A stretch of DNA of 53,113 nt. Origin: a virus. Its lineage: Duplodnaviria; Caudoviricetes. Where the stretch lies: positions 1-53,113 of IMG/VR virus record IMGVR_UViG_3300017989_000146. One strand, written 5' to 3'. The notes beneath the pieces were generated by a model, which was given only the letters and a program-made list of their open reading frames with translations, was not told the DNA's origin and did not search any database. Numbering within the stretch: position 1 is the stretch's first letter; the number at the start of each line of letters is the position of its first letter. Below are positions 26,742 to 36,849 of the stretch, in pieces. Made by a program: the position numbers and the translations under genes.

Positions 26742-27170
26742 ATGGAAAACGGGTTCGCCACTTACGATCCGTCGCAGGTCTCCGTCACGCTCGGCGAGAT
26801 CCTCATGAGCGGCTTCGCCGAAGACTCGATGATCGAGGCCGAGCGGCCCGAGCCTACGTACGCTGACGTCGCCGGCGCTGACGGGCAGGTGACTCGCGCG
26901 AAGACCAGTGACAAGCGCGGTACGGTCACCATTCACCTGATGCAGTCGAGCGACACGAACGACCTCTTGTCTGCCCTTCACATCGCAGACGAGCAGTCGA
27001 ATGCCGGTGTCCGACCCCTCATGATCAAGGATATGTCGGGGACGACGGTGCTGAGTGCATCACACGCATGGATCGAACGACCTGCCGCCGCCAACTTCGC
27101 CAAGGGAGCTGGTGAGCGCGTCTGGGTGATCAAATGTGCCAGGCTCGAATTCTTCGTCGGAGGCAATTAA
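26742..27170 (+). CDS. tail tube protein (DUF3277-like)
   Basis: TYDP..V, GFAEDS.I, GADG.V, T..LMQ.S..N..LS, KD.SG, R.W.I. Confidence 0.9.
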   Translation: MENGFATYDPSQVSVTLGEILMSGFAEDSMIEAERPEPTYADVAGADGQVTRAKTSDKRGTVTIHLMQSSDTNDLLSALHIADEQSNAGVRPLMIKDMSGTTVLSASHAWIERPAAANFAKGAGERVWVIKCARLEFFVGGN

Positions 27171-27202
27171 AGACGAAGCAACTGTAAACCGTGGAGGGGC
27201 AG

Positions 27203-27703
27203 ATGGAAAAAATCGAAAAAGAGATTGACGGAATTCAGTATGCCGTCACGCAGTACAGCTACCCGAAAGGACTTCGCATCTGGGCGAAGCTGAGAAACGT
27301 CCTCGCAGCCCCCCTGGCCATGTCGGTCAAGGGGGTTTTTGACGAAGCTGCCGGCGTCGGAGACATCATGTCGAAAGACATCGACGTCGGTGCAATTCTC
27401 GATGGCGTGGTATCGGCCTTGCAGGACTTGGGCGGGAAGATGACACCCGACGAGGAATTCGCCCTGATGGAAGAGATCCTCGAAAACGTCCACGCTGACG
27501 GGACTCCGCTCACCAAGGAACGCCGGGTTTCTCATTTCGCCGGCAGAATCGGGCATCTGTATAAAGTCGTGTGGTTCGTGTTGGAGGCGAACTATCGAGA
27601 TTTTTTGTCCGAGATTACAGCCGCCGGCAGGAAAGCCTGGTCGGCTGTGTCGGAGAAACAGCCCGGAGACGACTCAGAGGGATCGACTTCCCCGAGTGGA
27701 TGA
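27203..27703 (+). CDS. tail assembly chaperone (gpG-like)
   Basis: Between tube and tape measure; HFAG...LY.V...VL..NY.DF. Confidence 0.78.
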   Translation: MEKIEKEIDGIQYAVTQYSYPKGLRIWAKLRNVLAAPLAMSVKGVFDEAAGVGDIMSKDIDVGAILDGVVSALQDLGGKMTPDEEFALMEEILENVHADGTPLTKERRVSHFAGRIGHLYKVVWFVLEANYRDFLSEITAAGRKAWSAVSEKQPGDDSEGSTSPSG

Positions 27704-27855
27704 ATGCAGCAGAATGGCGAGTGTGGTCTGCAGGTCGAGAAAATCTGATGGTCATGCGGTCAACTTGGTCTATCACAGACCTCCTGGATGCAAACCTGGC
27801 CCTGTCGATCGAGGCAGAAGTCGGGCGGAGAATGGCTGAAGATGATAGTCCGTGA
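27601..27855 (+). CDS. -1 frameshift extension of the tail chaperone (gpGT-like)
   Basis: Slippery T TTT TTG at 27601-27607; -1 frame open to 27855 with WSITDLLDANLAL. Confidence 0.7.
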   Translation, partial: FFVRDYSRRQESLVGCVGETARRRLRGIDFPEWMNAAEWRVWSAGRENLMVMRSTWSITDLLDANLALSIEAEVGRRMAEDDSP

Positions 27856-29260
27856 GCTTCTTACAAAATGGGGATTCAAGGTCGATGATAAGGCCCTGAA
27901 ATCCTTTGAGGAGCGCCTTGGTGGGATACAGAAAACCGTCAAGGCTGTCGGCGCTGCTGCGACTGTCGCGGCGGCGGGGATGTTCGGGCTTGCCAGGTCG
28001 ACCGCCAAGGCTGGTGACTGGATCGCCAAGACGGCTCGGGGGGCCGGTCTCACGGCAGAGGCTCTTCAAGAGCTGATGCATGCAGCTAATATCGGCGGAG
28101 TCTCGAACGACGAGTTCGCCAAGACGGTGCAGAAACTCTCGCGCACGATGAAAGATGCGCGCGACGGGCTCACCTCGTACCAGGAGGCTTTCGACGAGCT
28201 TGGAGTATCAGTCGTTGATTCAGAGGGGAATCTTCGGGCGACTGACGCCGTTCTGGAAGACATGGCAGAAGCATTTCAGAGGATGCCTGACGGCCCGACG
28301 AAGACCGCTCTTGCGATGGAGCTCCTCGGTCGTGGTGGCGCGAAGATGATCCCGTTTCTGAATGCCGGTAAAAAGTCAATGCGGGCGCTGAGGGTCGAGG
28401 CACACGAACTTGGTGGGGTTCTCGATAAAGAGACACTCGACTCCAGCGAAGCCTGGATAGATGCAATGGCTCGGATGAAAATGTCGCTGAACGGGATCAA
28501 GAATATCGTTGCGATGGCTCTCATGCCTACCATTATTAATTTCATGGATGGATTTCGGATGCGCCTGGTGATGGTCAGGAAATTCCTTGAACGATTCGAT
28601 GAGCGAACGAGGAACGTCATCAGGGGTCTGTTTATCTTCGTGTCAATTCTCGGGCCGATCGCCCTCGGGTTTGCTGTCATGCTCGGGCTCTTGGCCAAGC
28701 TGACAATCGCGTGGAGACTTCTCGGGACAACGGCCCTGATCGCCTATGCGAAGATGTTACTGATCCCTGCGCTGATCCTGGCGGCAGCCGCCGCTGTCGC
28801 GCTGTTCATTGATGACCTGGTGAATTTCGCCAAGGGAAATAAATCGGTTATCGGTGAGATCATTGAAAAGTGGAAATCCTGGGGGAAATGGACGAAGCTG
28901 GTGACGTTCTCGATCATGAACGCCCTGGCACCGGTTCATGCCCTCCTGATCAATATCGCCGGCAAGTGGGAAAGTATCAAAGGAATGGGATCGAGGGTCG
29001 CCGGGTTTTTTAAAAGCAACCCGATGGAAGGGACTGGTCGATTCGGACACATGGTCGGTCCTCCTGCTGCTCTGGCTGGTGCCGGCGCCGGTGGAAGGAG
29101 TGTCGATGTCAAGGCTGAAATCAATATAACAGTACCCCCCGGGACTCCCGATTCACAGGCTCAGTTTGCTGCTGATGCCGCTGAGGCTGCTGCCCGTAGG
29201 GTTCTTACTGAAGAGAATCGAGCAGTGGTGAATGCGTTCCCTGACAAGGAGGTACCGTAA
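27842..29260 (+). CDS. tape measure protein (~472 aa)
   Basis: MIVRELLTKWGFKVD start, Ala-rich helical repeats, hydrophobic segments, position. Confidence 0.88.
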   Translation: MIVRELLTKWGFKVDDKALKSFEERLGGIQKTVKAVGAAATVAAAGMFGLARSTAKAGDWIAKTARGAGLTAEALQELMHAANIGGVSNDEFAKTVQKLSRTMKDARDGLTSYQEAFDELGVSVVDSEGNLRATDAVLEDMAEAFQRMPDGPTKTALAMELLGRGGAKMIPFLNAGKKSMRALRVEAHELGGVLDKETLDSSEAWIDAMARMKMSLNGIKNIVAMALMPTIINFMDGFRMRLVMVRKFLERFDERTRNVIRGLFIFVSILGPIALGFAVMLGLLAKLTIAWRLLGTTALIAYAKMLLIPALILAAAAAVALFIDDLVNFAKGNKSVIGEIIEKWKSWGKWTKLVTFSIMNALAPVHALLINIAGKWESIKGMGSRVAGFFKSNPMEGTGRFGHMVGPPAALAGAGAGGRSVDVKAEINITVPPGTPDSQAQFAADAAEAAARRVLTEENRAVVNAFPDKEVP

Positions 29261-29261
29261 C

Positions 29262-29864
29262 ATGGCGTTGCTGTCCCTTCTATTCTCAGATCCGCAAATC
29301 AAAACCATCGTCGGAAGCATTACGCTTGACGCTTCGATCAGGGAATTTCATGAGCTGAGTTCGGATGCGACCGATAATCCAGTCGAGAGCGGGTCATATG
29401 TTTCAGATCATATTTTCAACCGACCCCCGTCATTGACTATCGAGGGAATCATCTCAGATTCTCCCATCGGTGGAGTCAGCCCGGTTTCTCTTTTTGGAGT
29501 CGACGCCGTAATCGAGGGGAGTGCGCTGAAGTCCCTCGGTGCATGGCTGGCACTCAGGAAACTCTGGGAAGATCGGCAGTTATTCTCGGTCGTCACCGGG
29601 CTGCAGAATTACCAGAACATGAGGATTTCTCGGCTATCTGTCCCCAGGAATACAGGAACGGTCAACGCTCTTCGCTTTACGATCGACCTGATGTATATTG
29701 AGATTGTGAAATCTCAGGTCGTCCTGATCCCGAAGGATGACATGGCTGAGGATGAAAATCATCATGCCAGCTCCCAGGACGTCGGAAATCAGCCGACGTC
29801 TGGACCTGACGCTGATCAGACTGAGGCCGCCTCGGTAGCATACCGGGCCATCTATGGGAATTGA
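29262..29864 (+). CDS. tail tube initiator / Dit-like baseplate protein
   Basis: LDA...E.H.....T.NPVE.G..VSDH, VVTGL..Y.NM.I. Confidence 0.8.
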   Translation: MALLSLLFSDPQIKTIVGSITLDASIREFHELSSDATDNPVESGSYVSDHIFNRPPSLTIEGIISDSPIGGVSPVSLFGVDAVIEGSALKSLGAWLALRKLWEDRQLFSVVTGLQNYQNMRISRLSVPRNTGTVNALRFTIDLMYIEIVKSQVVLIPKDDMAEDENHHASSQDVGNQPTSGPDADQTEAASVAYRAIYGN

Positions 29865-29867
29865 CCG

Positions 29868-30200
29868 ATGCAGATTATCCCGGCAAGACAAGACTTCCCT
29901 GCTTATGAGGAACGGGTTGTCATTGATGGCACTCCGTACCGACTCAGGTTTCGATGGAATTCTCGAGAGGAATCTTGGGCATTCGATATCCTGACCACGG
30001 CTGGCGTCGTTCTCCGAGCCGGCATAAAGGTGCAGGTTGACTGGGCCCTTCTGAAACGGAGTCATCGAGGCGACCTCCCTGATGGTGACATTCTTTCAAT
30101 CGATACCTCTGGGGCAGGATCCCCGCCAGGTGTCGATGAACTCGGGGACCGGGTCATCCTGGTCTACACAACGGAGGCTGACGCGGAGGCAGCGGCATGA
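29868..30200 (+). CDS. baseplate plug-like protein
   Basis: IDG..Y..RFRWN.R...W..DI, LG..V.L.Y. Confidence 0.72.
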   Translation: MQIIPARQDFPAYEERVVIDGTPYRLRFRWNSREESWAFDILTTAGVVLRAGIKVQVDWALLKRSHRGDLPDGDILSIDTSGAGSPPGVDELGDRVILVYTTEADAEAAA

Positions 30201-31000
30201 GTCGCCTATTCGACAGAGAGGCGGCGATGATCGTCGGACCGCGTGGTGAACTCGGTACCAGGGTCACGGATCTTCGGTTTAATTTCCGCGTCGAAAAAAA
30301 CCTCTCCTCAGAGCCGAACGCCCTCTCGCTCTCGGTCTATAATCTCAATGATCGTTCAATCGGATTTATCCAGAGTGAGGATGCTGTCATCACTCTTCAG
30401 GCTGGCTATCGAGGGATGATCGAGAACATCTTCTCAGGTGACGTTGATCACACCGAAGTCACCAGGCAGGGACCAGACCGAGTAACGAAAATCGAATCTG
30501 GTGACGGCAGCCGAGCGATTGAATCTCGGGTAGCATTCAGCTTTGATTCCGGGACCACCGTGGCTGAGGTCGTTGAAAAAGTCATGGCTTCGATGTCTGC
30601 GAAGTCCGTAATTGGTGAAATCAAAGGGGCGATGACAGATCAGTTTGCGAACGGATTCTCTGCCTCTGGGCTGGCGAAAGATGTGATGGACCGGCTTGCG
30701 GCGAAGATGGATTTCAGCTGGTCGATTCAGGATAATGAGATCACAGTTATCCCGAAGACCGAGGCCTCGGATGATGTTGCGATTTTCGTATCTCCCCAAA
30801 CAGGTCTTCTTGGATCCCCGTCACCGACTGAGGGTGGACTGGTGCTGAATACTCTCATGCTGCCGAAGGCGAGGCCAGGGAAAAAAATAAACCTTTCCAG
30901 CCGAGATTATGTCGGGATTTACAAGATTTCACGAGTCATTCACTCTGGGGATACGAGGGGGCCTCAGTGGGGGTCTGAGATGGAGGTGGCTGAATTATGA
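30197..31000 (+). CDS. baseplate hub protein
   Basis: F.VEK.....PN.....YNL, L.AGY.....IF.G, WSIQD, TGL.GSP, H.GDTRG..W. Confidence 0.82.
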   Translation: MSRLFDREAAMIVGPRGELGTRVTDLRFNFRVEKNLSSEPNALSLSVYNLNDRSIGFIQSEDAVITLQAGYRGMIENIFSGDVDHTEVTRQGPDRVTKIESGDGSRAIESRVAFSFDSGTTVAEVVEKVMASMSAKSVIGEIKGAMTDQFANGFSASGLAKDVMDRLAAKMDFSWSIQDNEITVIPKTEASDDVAIFVSPQTGLLGSPSPTEGGLVLNTLMLPKARPGKKINLSSRDYVGIYKISRVIHSGDTRGPQWGSEMEVAEL

Positions 31001-31632
31001 CGTCGAAACGAGAGGGTAGGACCCCATCATTCCCTGAAACCATCAAGCATGCTGTCTCTGCCCTCCTAAGCGCCGTTCACACAGCGATCCCAGGCTACGT
31101 CGTCAGTTACAATGCCGAGCTGAGAAAAGCCACCGTGCAGCCTTATTTGAAGCGTAATACCGAGGATGGTGAAGAACGACTGCCGGCAATCACGAACGTT
31201 CCGATTATTTTCCCTGGCGGTGGTGGTGGGACACTGACATTCCCGATCACCACCGGCGATACTGTCCTGATATTGTTCTCGGAACGGTCACTCGACAACT
31301 GGCTTACATCAGGGCGAGAGGGGACCCCTGGGGATGTTCGGAAATTCGACTTGACTGACGCCATCGCAATCCCAGGTCTTCAGGATTTCAAGAACGCAGT
31401 TGCGGCGGACTCTGGTGACGTGGTACTCTATCACGGAGGGTCGAAGGTAGCGATTGATTCCAGCGGAAATGTAGAAATCGGCGCTGGCTCTTTCCAGGCT
31501 CTCGTAAATAAAGCCGGGATGGATCAGTATAATGACCACGACCATCCATACGGCTCTGGTGGAACAACGGGGAAACCGAATCAGCTTATGGTAGACGGGA
31601 CTCATACGACAGAGGACACGAAGGCTACCTGA
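30997..31632 (+). CDS. baseplate central spike (Gp138/gpV-like)
   Basis: HTA.PG.V..Y, VP..FP, GD.V...FSER.LD.W, C-terminal HDH metal-binding motif. Confidence 0.88.
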   Translation: MTSKREGRTPSFPETIKHAVSALLSAVHTAIPGYVVSYNAELRKATVQPYLKRNTEDGEERLPAITNVPIIFPGGGGGTLTFPITTGDTVLILFSERSLDNWLTSGREGTPGDVRKFDLTDAIAIPGLQDFKNAVAADSGDVVLYHGGSKVAIDSSGNVEIGAGSFQALVNKAGMDQYNDHDHPYGSGGTTGKPNQLMVDGTHTTEDTKAT

Positions 31633-32009
31633 TGGATTTGAAACTCGAAGACAGCGGGGCATCGATTTATTATGGCGACCTGGCCATCGATGAAGGTGAC
31701 CTCGTTTCAGTAACCGATATGGAGGCGACACGACAGCGTCTCTGGATCACACTCAGGACGTTCCTGGGTGAATGGTACCTGGATATCACAGAGGGGGTCC
31801 CCTATTACGAGAATGTTCTGGTAAAAAATCCAAATCCGGCTGATCTCGATGCTGTTTTCAAAGACGCTATTTTGAGTGATCCGAAGGTCGAATCTCTCGA
31901 ATCGTTCACCCTGACCATTGATAGCCAGAATCGGCAGTTGACTCTATCATTCCGGGCGCTGTGCGAAGACGGAGAGGTTATCGAATTGTCTGAGGAGTTG
32001 ATCCCGTGA
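31632..32009 (+). CDS. gp25/gpW-like baseplate wedge protein
   Basis: Q.L...L..F.GEW.LD...GVPY, R.L. Confidence 0.82.
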   Translation: MDLKLEDSGASIYYGDLAIDEGDLVSVTDMEATRQRLWITLRTFLGEWYLDITEGVPYYENVLVKNPNPADLDAVFKDAILSDPKVESLESFTLTIDSQNRQLTLSFRALCEDGEVIELSEELIP

Positions 32010-33508
32010 GCGCTACCGAGTATGGACTGACGAGTACCGGTTTCGTAAGAAAAAGGCTTGAGACCATCATCGACGAAATCTATGCTGCGCTTCGCGTAGC
32101 AGACGGCTTCGGCGCCACTGCAAGTTCGAGGACGAGCGCCCTGCTGAAAATTCTCGTCGGGGTGTTCGCGAATCGCGAAGCCTCTCTCTGGGAGCTGGCA
32201 GAGGCTGCGTACAATGCGCAGAATCCCGACGAAAGCGAAGAGGCAGCCCAGGATGGAAACTATGCCCTGGTCGGCGTTGAGCGCCTTGAAGCGAGGACGT
32301 CGACGGTTACAGTCACTTGTTTCGGTACTCCAACGACACTACTCGCCGCAGGACAGGTCGTAAGTGTAGCCGGAACAGGGGCTCGATTCGTATCGACGGC
32401 GAATGCTACGATCGGGGTTGGCGGATCAATAGACGTCGCCTTTGAGTCCGAGGATGACGGACCGATAGAAGCCCCCGCCGGTACTCTCACCGAGATTGAG
32501 ACGACCGTGGCCGGGTGGGATTCTGCCGTTAACTCGGCTGACGCTGAGCTTGGACGTCTCGAAGAAACCGACGCCGAGTTCAGAATTCGCCGGGAACAGT
32601 CTCTTCAAATCCCGGGTGCCGGCACCGTCGAAGCGATGAGAGCCAGGATGATCGCTGAGGTAGATGGGCTGGATGATTGCCTGGTCTTCGAGAATGATGG
32701 AGACGTCGCAGATGGGGATGGACGACCACCGCACTCTGATCACTTCATCGTCGATGGCGGGACAGACGCCGACGTCGCTGAGAAAATCTGGGAAGTCAAA
32801 GGTGGAGGCATCCAGCTTCACGGGGGAGAGTCGGTCAACATAATGGACAGCCAAGGTCGGACTCAGGCCATCAACTTCGATCGCGTAGACTCAGTGAATT
32901 GCTTCTTGCATGCCGAGATCATTGTCGGAAGTGAATTCGACCAGGGCGTGAAACAGGTCGGGACAGTTGAGATTCTCAATGCTGCGACGGGAAACAAATA
33001 CACCGTTACAGTGAACGGCATCCAGTTTTCGTATATTGTCGGCGTCGGAGAAACTGTCGCCGATATCGCGAATGCACTGACGGCCTTGATCAACGGCGTC
33101 GTTCCTCAGTGGGTCCCCGTCATCGCTGATGATTCTGCCGCAGACGGAACATTTACCCTGACGTCAGACTACGAGGGGAATGAATTCAGCGTCGCCGTGA
33201 TAGCAACTTCATCCCCGTCCGACATCACCTATACCGAAGACGTTCCGAATAGCGGAGATCAGCAGGCTCTTCGAGAGGCGATGGAAACGTTCGCGGATAC
33301 AGAGCAGACCATCGGCCACAATGTTTTCAGAGCCAGGTATTATACTCCGATGAACAACGCCAATGACGATATTCAGGAAATCGATATCTCGGCTCGGAAG
33401 ACAGACCCAGGAACCGGACCGGCTTCATACTCGAATGCCGATATTGACATTGACTATGATGAAAAAGCCAATGTCGCTACTTATCACATCACTATTGCGC
33501 TTGTCTGA
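32006..33508 (+). CDS. baseplate J-like wedge protein with an inserted domain
   Basis: YGLT.TGF..K, G.I.A.AG.L..I.T...GW, G...ETD.E.R.R, V.EN.......G.PPHS, V.GG....A..IW..K..GI. Confidence 0.9.
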   Translation: MSATEYGLTSTGFVRKRLETIIDEIYAALRVADGFGATASSRTSALLKILVGVFANREASLWELAEAAYNAQNPDESEEAAQDGNYALVGVERLEARTSTVTVTCFGTPTTLLAAGQVVSVAGTGARFVSTANATIGVGGSIDVAFESEDDGPIEAPAGTLTEIETTVAGWDSAVNSADAELGRLEETDAEFRIRREQSLQIPGAGTVEAMRARMIAEVDGLDDCLVFENDGDVADGDGRPPHSDHFIVDGGTDADVAEKIWEVKGGGIQLHGGESVNIMDSQGRTQAINFDRVDSVNCFLHAEIIVGSEFDQGVKQVGTVEILNAATGNKYTVTVNGIQFSYIVGVGETVADIANALTALINGVVPQWVPVIADDSAADGTFTLTSDYEGNEFSVAVIATSSPSDITYTEDVPNSGDQQALREAMETFADTEQTIGHNVFRARYYTPMNNANDDIQEIDISARKTDPGTGPASYSNADIDIDYDEKANVATYHITIALV

Positions 33509-34443
33509 TGACGACACCGGCGAAGATTACCGATCACTTTGAGAAAGCGCGGGCATTGCTGCTCGGGCAGTTCAAGGGGAAGGTGCGGATCGAGAACCTC
33601 CTGGCATCTTTGATTGACCCTACTCAGCTCACTACCGACCTCGGGATGCTCACCCAGGCTGGCGCAGTCCGAGTAAATACAGCGATCGATGCGACGACAT
33701 ACACGGCGACCGTGAATGGCTTTGATTACTCGTATGAGGCGACTGTCCCTGGGGATACTATTATCACCATCGCAACTGCGATCGCAGCCCTGATCGGCGC
33801 TGGTACTCCCCAGGCCGTACCTGTTACCGTCACCGACAACCTGGATGGATCATTCCTGATTAAGACATCAGACGGGACGAACTTCGCGCTCGCCGTCACC
33901 CCGACGATCATGCAATACACCGAGACAGATGCAGCCGCGGTGAAAGCACTTCAGGAGCTCGAGGATGTTTTCTATGAGCTGATGACAGTCCGGTTCATCT
34001 CGAATGCTACCGGGGACCAGCTTGATATCATCGGAAAAATCCTCGGTCGCCGGCGACTCGTTTCATGGAGTGACGTGACTTATCGGGCAGTCCTTTATGG
34101 AATCGTTTGGCACAACATCTCGAACGGAGAACCGGAGGCGGTTATCGAATGCGCCCTGGCAATTACGGAGTCGGATTTTGTACAATACCAGGAGATCTAT
34201 CCGGGTCGGATCAAATTGACCTGGGATGGCGAGCCGGAGTTGTTGGATGCGTTGATTAATCAATTGACCGACGAGGCGGCCCTCGGCGGTGTGCGCGTTG
34301 AGAACATCCAGGCGCACCCGACAAAGCCGTTTACGTTGGCGTCCGGGAGTAGTCCAGAGGCGGAATCATCGACCGAGGGCGGTTGGGGAAATTGGCCCGA
34401 GGATTCGACAGGCGGATATCTATCGCGACTCGTAGGGGGATGA
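33508..34443 (+). CDS. baseplate wedge protein (DUF2612/gp48-like) with an inserted domain
   Basis: L..QF..K..IE.L, Q.LED, A.G.QLD.IG.I.G..R, D..YR..L...I..N.S.G. Confidence 0.8.
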   Translation: MTTPAKITDHFEKARALLLGQFKGKVRIENLLASLIDPTQLTTDLGMLTQAGAVRVNTAIDATTYTATVNGFDYSYEATVPGDTIITIATAIAALIGAGTPQAVPVTVTDNLDGSFLIKTSDGTNFALAVTPTIMQYTETDAAAVKALQELEDVFYELMTVRFISNATGDQLDIIGKILGRRRLVSWSDVTYRAVLYGIVWHNISNGEPEAVIECALAITESDFVQYQEIYPGRIKLTWDGEPELLDALINQLTDEAALGGVRVENIQAHPTKPFTLASGSSPEAESSTEGGWGNWPEDSTGGYLSRLVGG

Positions 34444-34444
34444 T

Positions 34445-35293
34445 ATGGCAGCACCGACTAGCAGTGTTGATTGGGCGACCGATGGCGGCGCGGAGGTTTC
34501 TGAACCATCGGCCCCGCAAAAGGCGACGGGGTTCGTCCATGCCGAAAAACCGCCGGCGCACTGGATAAATTGGATCCTGAAAAACCTCGATGAGTGGATC
34601 AAGTGGATCATGGAATTGATCGGCCTGTCCCACGACGTCCTGACCGGTGAACACCTTACCGATGGGACGACGATCGAGAATTATACGGATACCGGAAAAG
34701 AGAAGTTACGGGTCGCCGCGACGGCGGCCGGTGATGGCCTTATCGGTGGTGGTGCATCCGGCGCCCTCGACGTCAATCCCGACGACATCGGAATCGAGAT
34801 CAATGGGAGTAGTGAGGTTGCATTGAAGGAGCGCGTCGCCGTGGTCTATAGCGACAATGACGGCGACTCCGTCGGGTCCGGTTCTACCGTCCTGGATTTT
34901 GACGACCAAGAGGTCGAGAAGGGTTCAGGATACACGATCGACAATACCGGTGATTGGGGGTTTACGGCAAACCGCGACATGGAAGTCCGTGTCTCCGTGA
35001 ATTGTACCCTGGTTGCCACGAACGCGGCGGACCTTGAGGCTAACGACAACCTCGAGTTGTGGGTGTTGATTGATGGCGTGCAACACCGAATGCTCGACCA
35101 CTATGTTTTTCAAAATTCGGCCGGCGGATCGGGGTCGAGAAAAATCCCCTTCGGTCGTGGAGCGTCGACGATTGTTGAAATGTCGAGCGGAGAAAAGTTG
35201 TCCCTTGCTATTTCCTACACGTACACCGGCACGCCGACGGTGACCTGTGACACAAGTGCCGGCCGGGTGTGGGTGGCAATCGAGGAGGTATGA
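34445..35293 (+). CDS. tail fibre protein (short)
   Basis: N-terminal WA....EP...K..G....EKPPA...NW anchor, AGDGL.GG repeat, beta-rich C-terminal head. Confidence 0.72.
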   Translation: MAAPTSSVDWATDGGAEVSEPSAPQKATGFVHAEKPPAHWINWILKNLDEWIKWIMELIGLSHDVLTGEHLTDGTTIENYTDTGKEKLRVAATAAGDGLIGGGASGALDVNPDDIGIEINGSSEVALKERVAVVYSDNDGDSVGSGSTVLDFDDQEVEKGSGYTIDNTGDWGFTANRDMEVRVSVNCTLVATNAADLEANDNLELWVLIDGVQHRMLDHYVFQNSAGGSGSRKIPFGRGASTIVEMSSGEKLSLAISYTYTGTPTVTCDTSAGRVWVAIEEV

Positions 35294-35295
35294 TC

Positions 35296-36849
35296 ATGGG
35301 TTTTTGTTTCTTGCAGAATTTTCTAAAACTAGATTGTTCGAACGGTCCATTGACGGGCGACCTTGAGGTCGAAGGGGATTTCTCTGCCGCGCCGGCGTCT
35401 GTCTACGCGATGAGCAACTCGCCTCTTCAGAACAATGGACATGATTATGATGGCATCCCGGGAATATTCCCGGACACCGCATTTTTATACAGCAACGACG
35501 ACTTACAAGACCTGGGCGGTTCTCCTAACACGTCCGTCATCGATGGGGACACCGACATCGACGTGATGCTTGTCGATGCAACCGCCGTCGTCCCTGGCGC
35601 CTATGTGACAATTTATTACATGAACGGGGATCGGGCGGCCGTGATCGCATGGATGAATTCGGCCCTTGGTGGCGCCCAGGTCATCGACGTCGAGGATACG
35701 TCCGTGTTTTCGGCGAATGGTGCGGGGAACGCATACACTTGGAATGAGCCGGCGGGCGGTGATTGGCAGGGGATAGTGTCCGGGTACACCGACCCTGCTA
35801 CGTGCGCCATTGGCGCCGGCATCCCTCTTATCGTAACCGACCAGGACAACAATACTGTCACCTTTGCATACGGCCTGACGGCCGGGGCGGATGTGACAAT
35901 CTCGGGGACCGTCTATGCAGCGGAGTATGACGGGAATGGTCCTGGCGCCGGATCCCTAAGCCTTGCATCTGCGATCCCCGGACATCCTGTGTCGGTGGGT
36001 GGTGGAAGTCTCTATGTTGCCGAAGGCGGCATTACCCTGGCGAATGGCGGTATTTCCACAACCGGCGCCTCCTCGTTCTCCGGACAGGTGTTGATGGGTG
36101 CGTCCGGGGCGGTCGAAACCGTTTTGCGGATTTATGAGGAGTATACCAATCCCGACGTTGGCGCCCTGGGTGGTCCTCCTCGTGCGTTTTCTGCATCGAC
36201 CCTGGTCACCGAAAACGAGAACACCATCGATTACGGATGCTCCGGGATGCGTGGCGAGGCGGAATTCCTCGGTGATCAGGATGGCGGGGGCGCGTGTATT
36301 ATTACCGGCTGCTCCTTTGAGGCACGATGGGGGTCGTCGGGAACGTTGTCTGGTCAATTGATCGCAAATGAACTTTACTTCGGCACATCCTCCGGGTCCG
36401 GTACGGCGGCCGACGCAACCGGATTACAATTGACTACCAAGGTTGACGGCGGCAATATTACCGGTGTTGCTCGCGGTGTGTATTGTAATCCTCTGACCGG
36501 CGATGGATCGATTGCAACCCTCGTCGGTTTTGATTTCTCTGACATCGATCCCGACGACTATATCACGACCCTGTACGGCATTCGGATTGCCGCACAGACG
36601 TCGGCCGCAACGACCCGCGAAATCATGCTCGAGGGTGCCGGTGGCATCTACTTCCGCGATAGCGATTTGTCGGTCCTCTCGAATGATGACGGCCGTCTCG
36701 ATATCAACGCCGACACGGCGATCGATCTCAACGCGGCCGTCTTTGCCGCATCGATGAAGTCGGGCGCCGGGCAGGGCGGCGCCGGCGCGGCCGCCGGCGA
36801 GTTGTACGTCGATACGTCTGACGGAAACACGGTCAAGAGGGGGGTGTGA
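35296..36849 (+). CDS. tail fibre/receptor-binding protein
   Basis: FLKLD.SN.PLTG.L N-terminus; Gly/Ala/Thr-rich beta repeats; GAGGAGG RBS. Confidence 0.65.
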   Translation: MGFCFLQNFLKLDCSNGPLTGDLEVEGDFSAAPASVYAMSNSPLQNNGHDYDGIPGIFPDTAFLYSNDDLQDLGGSPNTSVIDGDTDIDVMLVDATAVVPGAYVTIYYMNGDRAAVIAWMNSALGGAQVIDVEDTSVFSANGAGNAYTWNEPAGGDWQGIVSGYTDPATCAIGAGIPLIVTDQDNNTVTFAYGLTAGADVTISGTVYAAEYDGNGPGAGSLSLASAIPGHPVSVGGGSLYVAEGGITLANGGISTTGASSFSGQVLMGASGAVETVLRIYEEYTNPDVGALGGPPRAFSASTLVTENENTIDYGCSGMRGEAEFLGDQDGGGACIITGCSFEARWGSSGTLSGQLIANELYFGTSSGSGTAADATGLQLTTKVDGGNITGVARGVYCNPLTGDGSIATLVGFDFSDIDPDDYITTLYGIRIAAQTSAATTREIMLEGAGGIYFRDSDLSVLSNDDGRLDINADTAIDLNAAVFAASMKSGAGQGGAGAAAGELYVDTSDGNTVKRGV

